Source: Octopus sinensis (lineage: Eukaryota). From it: DNA of 64,000 nt. Positions 26,101-37,998 of this stretch are shown here, one piece after another (the first letter of the stretch is position 1; each line of letters begins with the position of its first letter). The stretch spans positions 52,514,001 to 52,578,000 of the forward strand of contig NC_043007.1 of the NCBI RefSeq assembly GCF_006345805.1, given 5' to 3'. Under the pieces are notes generated by a model, which worked only from the letters and a program-made list of their open reading frames with translations, ran no database searches and had not been told where the DNA came from. The position numbers and the translations under genes were made by a program.

Positions 26101-27150
26101 GATAAATTAATACCTACAGAAAAATTTTATTGGGAAAACTCAAGAAACACAACAAAATATTTTAATGTGGGAGATAAAGTTCATTTCAAAATATATAAGA
26201 ATGGAAGACAAGGTTGGGAGGATGGTATAGTAACAAAAAGAATAATTTACATAATAAAAGGTCAAAGAGGAGAACACAAATGACATTTGATCCAGTTGAA
26301 GATTAGACATACCGAAAAAAGAGAAGAAATACTGATGGAAGTTTGTTATGACTTGTTCAATGTTCCAACGTCAAAAGAGGTTGAACCTAGGTGAATCAGC
26401 AATAGAAAATATAAACAAGTAGAATGACTGGAGACAGTCCTGAAGTGAAAGAAGTATTAAAATTTCTGAGGAAATTAAAGTATCAAAAAGAGAGGTGATG
26501 ATGAAAAAAAGAAAAATAGAATAAAATTAAATAAACAAGTTGCACTTCCTACAGAAGTCAAATCTCGAAAGTGATGTTTTAAGAGGATCATGGCACCGCC
26601 TATGAGAATGGACTAGCCAAACTTGTATAAGTAGCAGCATGTTTAACTGAGAGCAAGAGATGGGAATTTGCAGGAAGCTGGAAGGTGTCGTTTATGAGTT
26701 TGTGAAGTCGCAGTAAATTGTTGAGAAGTTGTTATACTTAATTGAGAGTTGTTTTGGATTGGTTACAGTTGTTGGCAGAGTATTTGGGAATACATCAAGT
26801 GGAGACAGTTGGTACCTACCCTGTTCCATGGCACTATATATCACACTGCATTAGTGCATGACACTAAGGTGACACATACAGACATCATGTTATAAAATTG
26901 ATATGATTGTGTGTGTCCTAGAACTCCTACCAACAAGTTTTGAATGAGGAATTGCAAATGAAAAGAGTTGCAGCAAAAATTTGTGCCTGGCTTGCTCACA
27001 GAAGTTCAAAAGAAGTCACGACTGAATGTGAAGAACAGTTGGAAGTTGATCTCGACTGATGCATTGCTTCAAATGGAGAATACTTAGAAGGTGATAAAAG
27101 TGTAAACATGTAAAGCTAAGTGAATAAAATAATATTGCAAAATTCTTGTA
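23172..27150 (+). mobile_element. Mariner remnant split by a Gypsy insertion
   Basis: EQCASMRFCFLLGK..ETVVML..QVYK, EDQPRSG up to ~23650; resumes ~26900 (LNEELQMKRVAAK..LLTEVQK). Confidence 0.7.
23650..26895 (+). mobile_element. Gypsy (K02A2.6-like) element with two LTRs; RT/RNase H not seen
   Basis: Direct repeats ~23650-23985 and ~26575-26895; polyQ-gag ORF 24046-24522; GHP..MRSYVYWP..CRGC integrase zinc finger; SPTELMFAR. Confidence 0.85.
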
Positions 27151-27187
27151 TGTATGTACGTACATACATACATACATCATACATGCA

Positions 27188-27229
<42 letters not shown>

Positions 27230-29575
27230 CAGTATGGTTCAGTATGGCACCCACATCAGTGGCAAGCCATGAAAGGGAGAGTAAGTTGTCCTTTCAGTCC
27301 ATAGACTAGGGTGGCACCTTGGGTAAGTGCTAGCAACCCCTTAGCCTCCCATGCCAGGGATACAGGGAAGACATTGGCAGCAGGATTTTGGATAACCAAC
27401 AAAGTGGAGGAGTCTGAGACCAATGAAAGGTAATGCCAAACAGAAGATCTATACCATCAAGCAACAGTTGGGCATCAACTAGCAAGTGAGCTGCCACTGT
27501 GGGGCAGCCCTATCGTCAGCTTGCTTATTGTACTCTTGTACACCACTTGATACCTGGTATGGAGGCCCAGAAATGCATTCTATTTGGCAGATGACACCAA
27601 CTGCCTTACTAACTATACAAGTCCATTCGTTCAGAGAAGTGGGAAACCTTGTGGCAAGGAGTGCTGTTAGCATGAGCTCTGCACACAGACAGCTTAATTA
27701 ATCCTGATGGTTGCAGTCAGTGCTGAATCCTGATCACCAGCAAATTGAGGCAGTGGTGTGAATGTCCAGGCAGCCCTTTTCAAGGATCACTGACCATCCT
27801 AGAAGAGCAAGCTCCTTGTGAAGTTAGAGTTACGAAAATATACACAGAACAAAACCTGGCTAGTTCACAACGACGAGCAGGACCTCACTTCAACAAGTGG
27901 AATTGCAAAAAAATTACAACTGTGGCAACATAGAACATGCATACTATGCTTGATGGAGACTCCATACCCGACACCATACCCAAGTGGAGGACAGCCCTGA
28001 TTGCAAAAGAATTGCACTGATACAGTGTAAGCATTTCCACACACCAAGAGGCCAGGATCAAAGGGCAAGGTCCATTTCAAGAGGAGGGTTACTCCATCTT
28101 GGTTGGAAAGACAGAAAGATGAAAAGACATGGATGTGGCTTTTGCTGTTGACAACAAGATCACCAAAAGGCTGCCTTTCCTCTCATCAGCCATCTCAGAG
28201 AGGCTGATGACCCTACAGATTTCAATCATGAATAACTAACACCTGACCCTTGCCAATGCATATGCTTCAACAATGACCTACTCAGAGGAGAAAGGGGCAT
28301 TCTACCAAGAGTTGACAAGAACTGGAGTCAAGGTTTCCCAAGACAAGTTGCTGATTATAGGTGACTTTAATGCCAGGTGGGTGCAGATTGTGAGACCTAT
28401 GTAGACAACATTTGCAAATTTGGCAAGGACAAAAAGAACTCCAACAGAGACCTCCTACTGAACTTCTATGCATAGCAGGAACTCTGTGTCTCCAATATGT
28501 TCTTGAATAGTCCAACAAGAATTATTTCACATGAAAACACCCTAGGTTTGGCAACTGTCATCTGCTGAACTACAGCATTACCTGGAAGACTGGGCTGCAG
28601 GAGATCCTGTGCAAGAACATCATATGTGGAGAAGAAGGCTCAACTGACCACTATTTCGTGAGGAGTTAGATCAGACTCAGGATCACTGCCCTGGAGAAAG
28701 ACCCAACCAGCAAAAAACCATAGAAGCTTGACATCAGCTAGCTAGCAAATGTGAAATACTGACTGCTGCCATCATGGCTGCAGTCAAAGATACAATAGTT
28801 AGCTGAGATGGATTGAATGGCATTAAGGATCATTGGTAGGTCTTTTCTGCTGCTAAAGAGACCCTTGGGATCTCTCAGTATAAAACACCAAATTGGTTCT
28901 GGGAGCATGGAGAGGAGATCTAGAAGCTGCTAGACAAAAAGCAACGCCTACACCAGTGACATCTGCAGGAGAACTCAGAGAGGAGCAGGGTCACTTTTGC
29001 TAAAATCAAGTTCAAAATGCAGAAAGAAATGAGAATGCTGAAGAATGACTGGTGGTGCAGATGGGTAGAAGCTTTGCAAAACATGACTAACAAGCATGAC
29101 AACCACGGGATGTTTACAAGACTGAAAGCCATCTATGGCCCCAGGAGGAATGCAGATGGGAGTAGACTGCATGGCAATATCCAGGAGATCAGAGCTAGGG
29201 GGAAGGAGCATTTCTGTAAACTGCTCAATCAGCAAGGATCTGTTCAACCAGATGTCTTCAAATGGTTAGAATGGCACAAGAGATGAAGTGACCTCTGCCA
29301 GGAACTGGAGAAAGCCTTGAAGGCCATAGCAAGCCACAATGCACCCCAGACATGCTCAAAAGAGGTGGGTAAAAACTCCACAATGAACTGTTGAGGCTAT
29401 ACAAATCTTGTCTTTCTAATGAGTGTGTGACCTAAAACTTCAAGGATATCCTGATGATCACCTTTTACAAGGAGGGGGATCAAACAGAATGTGGAGACCA
29501 CCAGGGCATTGCTCTGTTGGCTATTGTAGGCAAAGTGTTGGTGAAAAACATCTCAGAGTAGGTCTTACCAGAAAG
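27230..29575 (+). mobile_element. Decayed RTE (BovB-like) LINE, APE and N-terminal RT
   Basis: NAYASTM, LIIGDFNAR, STDHY, LKAIYGP, HF..LLNQ, GIALLAIVGKV in fragmented frames. Confidence 0.75.
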
Positions 29576-29579
29576 TAAT

Positions 29580-30256
29580 CGGTGCATTGACAGTTGAACA
29601 GAGAATGTGCATCAAGTTTTGCCAAAAGCTTGATGATACCTGCTGAGAGACCTACGCAAAGTTTTCAAAAAGTTTTCATCGTTCATGACACAATCAAGGA
29701 GATCTTGTTCTACTGAAACCCGAGTGTGTTTTTGGTCAGCTGAAAGTGGTTTTGGCACAAACTTGGCAGACGCGAATCTCATACCCAAATCTGCAGCGAT
29801 AATGGACTGAACTGAACTGTAACTAATCTGCACATCCTCTGATAACTCACAGATGGTGATTTAACAATTTCCCCTCACAGCTGCACACACATCTGTGATG
29901 TTTTCTTCAGTTCTGATGGCTGTGGGTCTCCCAGAACGTTCATCAATATCGACATTTTTTCGACCATCTTGGAAACATCTGTACCACTTGTACACTTATG
30001 TGTGGCTCATATACTTTCTGCAATTTTCCATAGGCCTCTGAGCAAGTAGCATCATGATTACTTTCTCTGTCATGGTCAATGTGATGATCACACACCTTCC
30101 TTCCAAGCACTGCTATAAACAGCAGAAGTGAGCTAGAACGTTAAAACTTAGTGCATGTGCACAGCAGAGTTTAAGGTCAATCTTTGCCAAGCAGCTTTAC
30201 TCTGCATGCTTTAGCTTCATTACTATGACAACATTCCGGATACTTATTGATCAGAT
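29580..30256 (-). mobile_element. Mariner 5' remnant
   Basis: ORF 29612-29833: ISYSSVQSIIAADLGMRFASAKFVPKPLS; DERSGRP. Confidence 0.75.
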
Positions 30257-30288
30257 CTCGCACATTTATATATATATATATATACACA

Positions 30289-30322
<34 letters not shown>

Positions 30323-30989
30323 CATATATATATATGTGTGTGTATGTGTCTATTGCATTTATACATGTATGTGTGCATTTGGATGTTTGCCTGTATGTGA
30401 TAAACAGTGGATGTGTGTATGAGATTAGTGTATGTATGTGACTATGAAAGTATATATTTCCACTATATTTTTTATGATCGTCTTCTTGTTTATTTTTAGT
30501 ACCTTTAAAATATTTAAGTCTTTTTCTGAACTTGCCTCTGTGTGTGTGTGTGTGTGTGTGTGTGAGTGTGTGTGCACATGTATGGGTGCATACGCACGCA
30601 TGTGAGTGTGTGTAGACATGGGTGTGCAAGTATGTATTTGTGTGTGTGAATGTATTTGCAAGTGTATATGTATGTGTATGTGTGTTATCTTTTTATGAAT
30701 GTAAGGCTGTAGTCATATATAGTCATATATATGCGAAGTGTTTGATATTTATTCATCTTCTCCATTTAAATTATTTTAATTCTGTATTTTCTATAAACAA
30801 CATACTGTTGCTGTAAACAAATGTTTAATCTTTTTTATTTCTTATTTTACCTACTTTAATCTATAACATAAATCAAAGTTCTTGATTAGGTGTGTCCACC
30901 TAAAACTCAGAAACTAGTGAATGGACATCCACAAAATTATGTATATATATTCACTACATCACCAAGCAAGTGAAAGTAAAAATTGTAAT

Positions 30990-33900
30990 GCTTGCAAATG
31001 CGAAGTCTTTCCCAGCTGAAGAGTGTACAACCCAGCACATGTTACTACTTATTAGAATTAGAGCTTGAAAGACTCGGAGAAATAAACCACTCTGGAAAAG
31101 ACTCAGAAAACAGACACAATTTTAGAGATATCCCAATGGAGGTTTCAGATGAAAGAAAGGAAGATTTGAGGGTATATGGCTTTGAAGATAATTGGAAGTT
31201 CCTATAGGATAATCTACTGAGGGTGACATGATGGTGGAACAAGCAAAGAGACAGGCCTGGAAGGACTGGAAAAATGGTGGAAGCAGAGAACAATATCAGG
31301 TAGTCAGAAGGGCAGCTTGGTGACAGGCTTACATAGCAAAAGGAATAGCAGAAGGTAAGAAATTTGCCAATGTTCTACAGCATGAGGTGTTCAGGATTAC
31401 AAAGCAGTGTACCAGAGAGAATAGAGATGTGGTAGATTAGAATTTGCACTTAGTGACTCAGAGAAGAAAGATTCATAGAAGTGTCACTCAGGGCTGGCCC
31501 TAGGGTTGCCGGTGCCCCAAGCAAGCTGAACTTCGGTGTGTACAAGCTGACAGTCATGGAAATTTCTTTGCCTTTGTCACATCCTGCTTGGCGCCCCCTA
31601 GCACATGACACCCCAGACAACTGCCCGAGTTGCTGGTACCTTGAGCTATCCCTGGTGTCACTATGAAAGATTACTAAATGTGGAAAATGCATGGGAGAAG
31701 GAAAGTTTTTCAAATATAGAAGCAACTGAGGGACCAGCCATCAGAGTTCACAGCAGTATAATAGATAAGGCAATTAAAGATATGAATATAGGGAAAGCCT
31801 CTGGACCATCAGGAATCACTCCCAAGAGGATTAAAATATCTGGTGGTGTAGGAGACAGCCTAGTCACTTACATAGTTAATCAGGTTATTCAGGATGGCGT
31901 CATCCCCAATGACTGGTGTAGTAGTATTATAGTTAGCTGCTCAAGGATAAAGGTGATGCCTTAGAGAGAAACAACTACAGAGGTATCAAATTGTTGGAGC
32001 AGGTCATGAAAGTTACAGAGAGTTATAGCTCAATTGATTAGAAACAGAATTAAACTAGATGAGATGCAGCTGCAGGAAAAGTATTTGGCCAAAAGTGTAC
32101 TTGGCTTTTGTCAACCAGGAGAAAGCTTCTGTTATCTGGTGGTCTCTAAGGAAGCTAGGACTAGATGAGTGGTTTGTTAGAGCTGTACAAGCTATGACCA
32201 GCAGTGCTGTCAGTAGGGTGAGAGTTGGCCATGAATACAGTGATGGATTTAGTGAACTAATAGGGGTTCACCAAGGCTCAGTTCTCAGTTCACTCTTATT
32301 CATCATAGTCCTGCAGGCCATAACAGAGGAATTCAAAACGAGATGCTTGTGGGAACTACAATATGCTGATGACGTTGCTCTTATTGCAGAATCTGTAGCA
32401 GAAATGGTGAAGAAATTCAAGGTATGGAAGCAAAATTTGGAATCAAAGGGCCTTAAAGTTAACCTAACTAAGACAAAAGTTGTTATTAGCAAGAAAACTA
32501 ATAAAACTCTCTTTCCATCAGGTAAATATGTAGGAAAGAAGTTGGAAGTAATGCCATTTTCTGCATCCAGTGTAAGCTATAGACACAGAAGAGGTGCAGT
32601 GGAAGCACAGATACATTAACAGATAAAGTCACCTTAGTATGTGGCAGGTGTGCAGGAACAATAAGCACTAAGGGCACAGGAGAATTAGACCCACTTAAGT
32701 ACCCAGGAAGTTCTCTTGAGGTTGTAAATAGTTTCTATTACCTAGGTGACCAAATTAGCAATGGTGGAGGATGTTCTGAAAGCATTGTTTCTAGAATAAG
32801 AATAGAATGTAGGAAGTTAAGAGAGCTATTACTTCTGTTGGCAACAAAAGAACTCTCTTTCAGAGTGAAAGATAGATTGTATGATGCTTGCACATGAATG
32901 ATTATACTACACAGTAGTGAGGCATGGACTCTGAATGCAGAAGACATGCATAGACTGGAGAGAAATGAAGGTAGTATGCTCTGTTGGATCTACAACATTA
33001 GTGCACATATATGACAAAGTGCAAATGTTGAGAGAAAGGTTGAGCATAAGAAGAATCAGAGAAAAGACTATGCTGGTTTGGACATGTATGTGAATGAAGA
33101 CTATTGTATAAAGAAGTGCTGATCACTGAAAGTGGATAGCATCTGTAGAAGAGGGAGACCCAGAAAGAAAAGGGATAAGGTGGCGAGCTGGCAGAAACGT
33201 TAGCATGCCGGGTGAAATGTTTAGCGGCATTTTGCCTGTCTTTATGTTCTGAGTTAAAATTCTGAAGTACCAGTTATGCACTGGGGTCGGTATAATCAGC
33301 TTAATCCATCTGTCTGTCCTTGTTTGTCTCCTCTGTGTTTAGCCCCTTGTGGGCAGTAAAGAAATAAGAAAAGGGATGAAGTGGTGAGGACCGATCTAAG
33401 GTTGTTGGGCCTCATGGATGTGATGACAATGGACTGAGATGTCTGACAATATGAAGTTCTTGAGAAGATCCACCCTTCAGCAAAACTAAGTTCTAGAAGC
33501 ACTGTGGGTTCCATCCACAAGTAAGAACAAGAAAACTTTCCCCACACTCTACCCTAACAAACCAAACTACATCTCTTCTCTTCCTCACATTTCCTCTTTT
33601 CATACACTATGCTTACACTTATTGCTTGCTCTGCAAACCTGTCCTCACAGCCCTGCTCACTATCATTGCAATCCTATTGTTCCCACCCCCTCTATATACC
33701 CAGGTTTCACCAGTCACTGCATTCCCCACCCTCATACTCTTTGCATTTATGTGAAGTCTCTACTCTCACTCATGCACCTTGGCAATACCCTACCATTTAT
33801 ATTCTGACCCCATATCTTGATGGTGTGCCCTTCCACTTTGCTACCACTTATCTCTCCCTGGCTCTTTACTATTTCATTTATATTTGGATCCCCATTCCTT

Positions 33901-34465
33901 GTAAGCATGCCCTGGCACTTCACCACCATCTCTCTCCTGCTCTCTTCCACTCTGCCTCTTTCTCTTGCTCCCTTCCACTCTCTCTTCCTCTATCTCTCTA
34001 CAGCAACACATCCATTACTGGCCTCAGTCTTGGTCACTCCTTCTCTCTCTCTCCCTCTAACCATGTATCTCCTCTACAAGACACCTGTTTCTGTCTCTGT
34101 CACACTCTAACCTTTCCTCATCTGGCACAAGATCACCTCCCGCAATGACACCTCCCTTCTCAAAGGATTTTTGTCTTGCAAGTTACTTGGTGACCCAGCC
34201 AGTGTTGGTGCATTATAAAAAGCATCCAGTCCACACCGTGAAGTGGTTAGCATTTGGAAGAGCACCCAGCTGTGAAAAAAACATGCCAAAACTGACCTCA
34301 GTCCACTTTGCAGACTGGTTGCTGTTAGGAACGGGGTCCAGCCATAAAAACCATTCCAAAACTGACAGCAACTTATGGTGCAGTCTTCTGCCTAACTAGC
34401 TCATGTCAAACTGTCCAACACCTCCCAGCATAGAAAGCAGATGTTAAATGATGATGATTATGATG
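30990..34465 (+). mobile_element. Older decayed RTE LINE with 3' UTR and (GAT)n-like tail
   Basis: Homologous to 38000-41390: GVHQGSVLS, LQYADD; interrupted by a MITE (31489-31654) and a SINE (~33181-33370). Confidence 0.85.
31489..31654. mobile_element. hAT-like MITE with 8-bp TSD
   Basis: Ends CAGGG...CCCTG; flanked by direct GTGTCACT (31481-31488, 31655-31662). Confidence 0.8.
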
Positions 34466-34695
34466 TATATATTTCCATATGCATATCAAAATATCAGGCC
34501 ATTTTGTTTAAATCTGTCTCCATTCTGTTGAGAAGGATGAGAGAAAGAGAAAGAAAGAACAGAGTGAAACAGAGAAAGGATAAGAGAAGAAAGAGAGACA
34601 AAGAATAGGAGAGAGAAAAAGAACAGGAGAAAGGGAGGGTGGGAGAGAGAAAGAAAGAAAACAAAAAGTGAGGGAGAGATGCAATCAATAAAACT

Positions 34696-34729
<34 letters not shown>

Positions 34730-35209
34730 TGTAGAATGAATGACCATACTTAAGCAAACATAGAAGAGTAAACAGTATGTGTATTTCTTGCTTCCCACTG
34801 TCTGTGTCCTTTTACTCTTTCTTTCTTCATCTCTCTTTCCCACTCTCTTAAGTTAAGGAATGAAGACATGTGTGTGTGTATGTGTGTGGTGTTTGTGTTC
34901 TTTAACTCTTATGCTCTCTTTCTCTTAAGTTAAAGAAAGCAGTTGACGTATATTTCATTACAGTCAGCCTCAGGCTGATACTACATATGTTGGAAACACT
35001 GATCCTCTCTTCAGTTTACCATTGGCAAAATCAATTTAATTTAAAACAAAAATATTTTAATCATGTTTTGTAGTTATTTTGGAAAAAACAAACAGATTTG
35101 CCTGACAACCCAATGCCTTCTGAAATCCCAACATTTTCTACATATGTCTAAAACTAACTATACACTATACACATTCAGATAAACAGTTCATTGCAACAAC
35201 ATTACTGAG

Positions 35210-36070
35210 GTTGGTGTTTGTCATGGGTAGTTTGGTTGCAGAAACTCAAACATGTGCAATACCCAAAAGACCCATTTATAACAACCTCCACCTCATGCAT
35301 TACATCATAGAGGAAATGGACAGCAAATCTGGCATTGGTGAGACTCTCATCAATTTGGATCAGTTCAAAGACTTCAATAAGGTCAACCATCACTACTTGG
35401 CAGCAGTCCTAAAAGTAGCCAGGTTCGGACCCATTTTCAGCAATGCACATAGGTGCTTGCTCAGTCATATTTCTTGCTCAATCCATTAAGAGTATCCTCT
35501 CATATCTTCTTTATGTTCCAGCACTAAAGCCCTTGAAGAAGCTAAAACTCTTCAAAGACATCTCTTTCAAACTGAGATGTGGGAGGGCTGTGTCAGCATG
35601 TGGATGACATCACATTCATAATGCCAGACACCATGGAAGTTTAGGTTGTCAATTCCATTTTAAAGGAATACCAGGTGATGGCAAGGGCTAAGATAAATAT
35701 GAGTGAGTATGCAGGCCTGCGGCTTGGCAACTAGAGGAACAAGACTATGTCAATGAACAGTATTGTAGATCAATAGACAGAGAGATCAGTCAAATTGCAT
35801 GGTATTTGGTTTGGCCTGGACCTCCAGGTGGACAAGAACTGGGATGACATTACAGAGTGGCCAGTCTCACTCAGAAATGGGCCAAGAGGAAGTTATCCTT
35901 TAAAGATTAAGCAGAGGAGGTGAATGTGCACATCACCTATTTAATAACTTATTGCCTGACTGTTGTTCCTTGCCCCAGTCCATATCTGGCCAAACTGGAG
36001 TGTTTACTTTTTCACTTCTTGTGGAAAGGATGCATTTCATTGGTCAGGTGGTTCATCTGTTGCCAAATCT
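35210..36070 (+). mobile_element. Decayed L1/Tx1-like RT fragment
   Basis: LVAETQTCAIPKRPIYNNLHLM..LDQFKDFNKVNH matches ORF 47035-49134. Confidence 0.75.
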
Positions 36071-37998
36071 TTATATTTCTTGAGCTTGTCAAATTCTTTT
36101 GCCGAGATATTATGATCACAACAATATCCGGATATTAATTTTGATGGTTTGGTCTGTATGTACGGGAAAGTCCTAAAGAGTCATTACTTTGGTACTTATA
36201 CTACTTTTGATTTTATATAATGTCACTAACTCTGTCATGTCTTGATTTATACTCCACTGGTGTTAAAACTTTACATCCAGAGTTTAGGTGGCCCGCTGTT
36301 TCAATCTCATCATTTCAGGATTGGCACTTTGGATCTACTCCATTTTTCATCATATTGGCTTGGTAGTTCCAGGCCAATAAGCTTTGATCTTGAGCAGCTA
36401 AAATGAAATCTTTGCTCTCTGCCTTTAGCTGTAAGCTACCTTCTTTCAAATTATTTTTACTTTTTGTTCTGCTTCAAGCAAGAAATACATGTGTGCTGGG
36501 TAAAATGGTTGGTTCCTGGATTTTCGACCAGGGATTGAAATCTTAGCCTAAATGTTTCTAGCTTTTTTTCTTTATTCTGTCAATTTCCTGACTTCTTGAG
36601 TAATCAACAGTTCAGTCAAGATAACCAATAAAAAATCATTTATTCTAACTACTTTAGCTAAAAAATTATTATAAATGCAGAACCCAAATACAATGCTTTT
36701 TCTTTCATTTGGCTCCTTGCTGGAAGTACATGCCTCTCTATTTTACACACATTTAACAGCATTAACATGCTTCTCTCTTTCACCTGGCACCTTGCAGGAG
36801 GTTCATGCCTGCTGTTCTTACCACTGCCAACCCCACCCCTCTCTTTACTCATGGCTAACACAGAGGTAACATGTTTTCCTTACCCTCTCTTCTCTACAGT
36901 CTAGAGAGGTAGATTCTCTTATTTTTCTTCTTCTGTCTCTTTTTTTCTTTTGATCACTTAGCAGTAAACAACAAAATGACCACAGCAACCAACATGAATG
37001 ACAACAGAACTTCTACTAATCTTCATGCAACAACAACCCAAAGCATTTGTTTTATATTATAACAATAAATAAAGGCCATTTTAACTACTATCTATTTCTT
37101 GTCACTTATATCAATCAGTAGTGCATCCATTAACCAGCAAACTCATAGAGAAATTAACTATGTGGTCTTTTTATGACTGGAAACTACATCTCAAACACAC
37201 GATGATTCTAACCAACATACAAAACCGTTACAAGTGTAATAATAGGCTAAAGTTGAAAACAAGACACTTTCAGTAATTGGGCAGTAGAGTATAGTGGAAT
37301 ATATGAAGTAGAATAAGTGGAATAAATGTATATACAAATACATCAAATGCATTAAATATAAATTGATGACACATAGCATATTATATATATTGATTAGATT
37401 TACCAATGAGAAAAAAAGAGAAAATTAATTTAATCATTAGAATTTATGGTGCAGTGTGAGACAAAGAAGACAGCAAAATGAACTGTTGAATACAAAAACA
37501 AAAAAGAATAAACAGAATGATTTCAACAGCTTGACATGTTTAAGTGTTACTCTCAATATATATATATATATAAAAGGCATGATGTGTGTGTACGTGAATG
37601 TAAATTATGCACGTCCACAAATTAGCACGCATGTCGCTCCAATTTTATTTTCCTCCGAGGCACCAGCAAATAGCGGTAAAAATAAATTTTCGACCATAAC
37701 TTAACAATTTTCACAGCGGAGAAATCCCCTATTGTTTATACAAGCATGAGTTAAGTTCCCTTCTAGTGATGGTGTAAAGAGAGGAAGGGAGAGAGAGAGA
37801 AAGAGAGAGAGATAACAGATTTTTAAAGTTTCGTCTTTTTACTGAGTGATTGATAGGCAAAACCAGACAGTGTTGTTATGTATGTATGTATGTATGTGTG
37901 AATGGCTTCAGTCACACACACGGACATGTATGCATACAAAACACATGTATGCAATGTGTGTGTGTGTGTGTTGCCCATGTATATATATATGTGTGTAT

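Noticed and set aside
37850-37998. N-terminal 50 aa of the 600-aa ORF
   Set aside because: Microsatellite read-through upstream of the LINE 5' truncation point.
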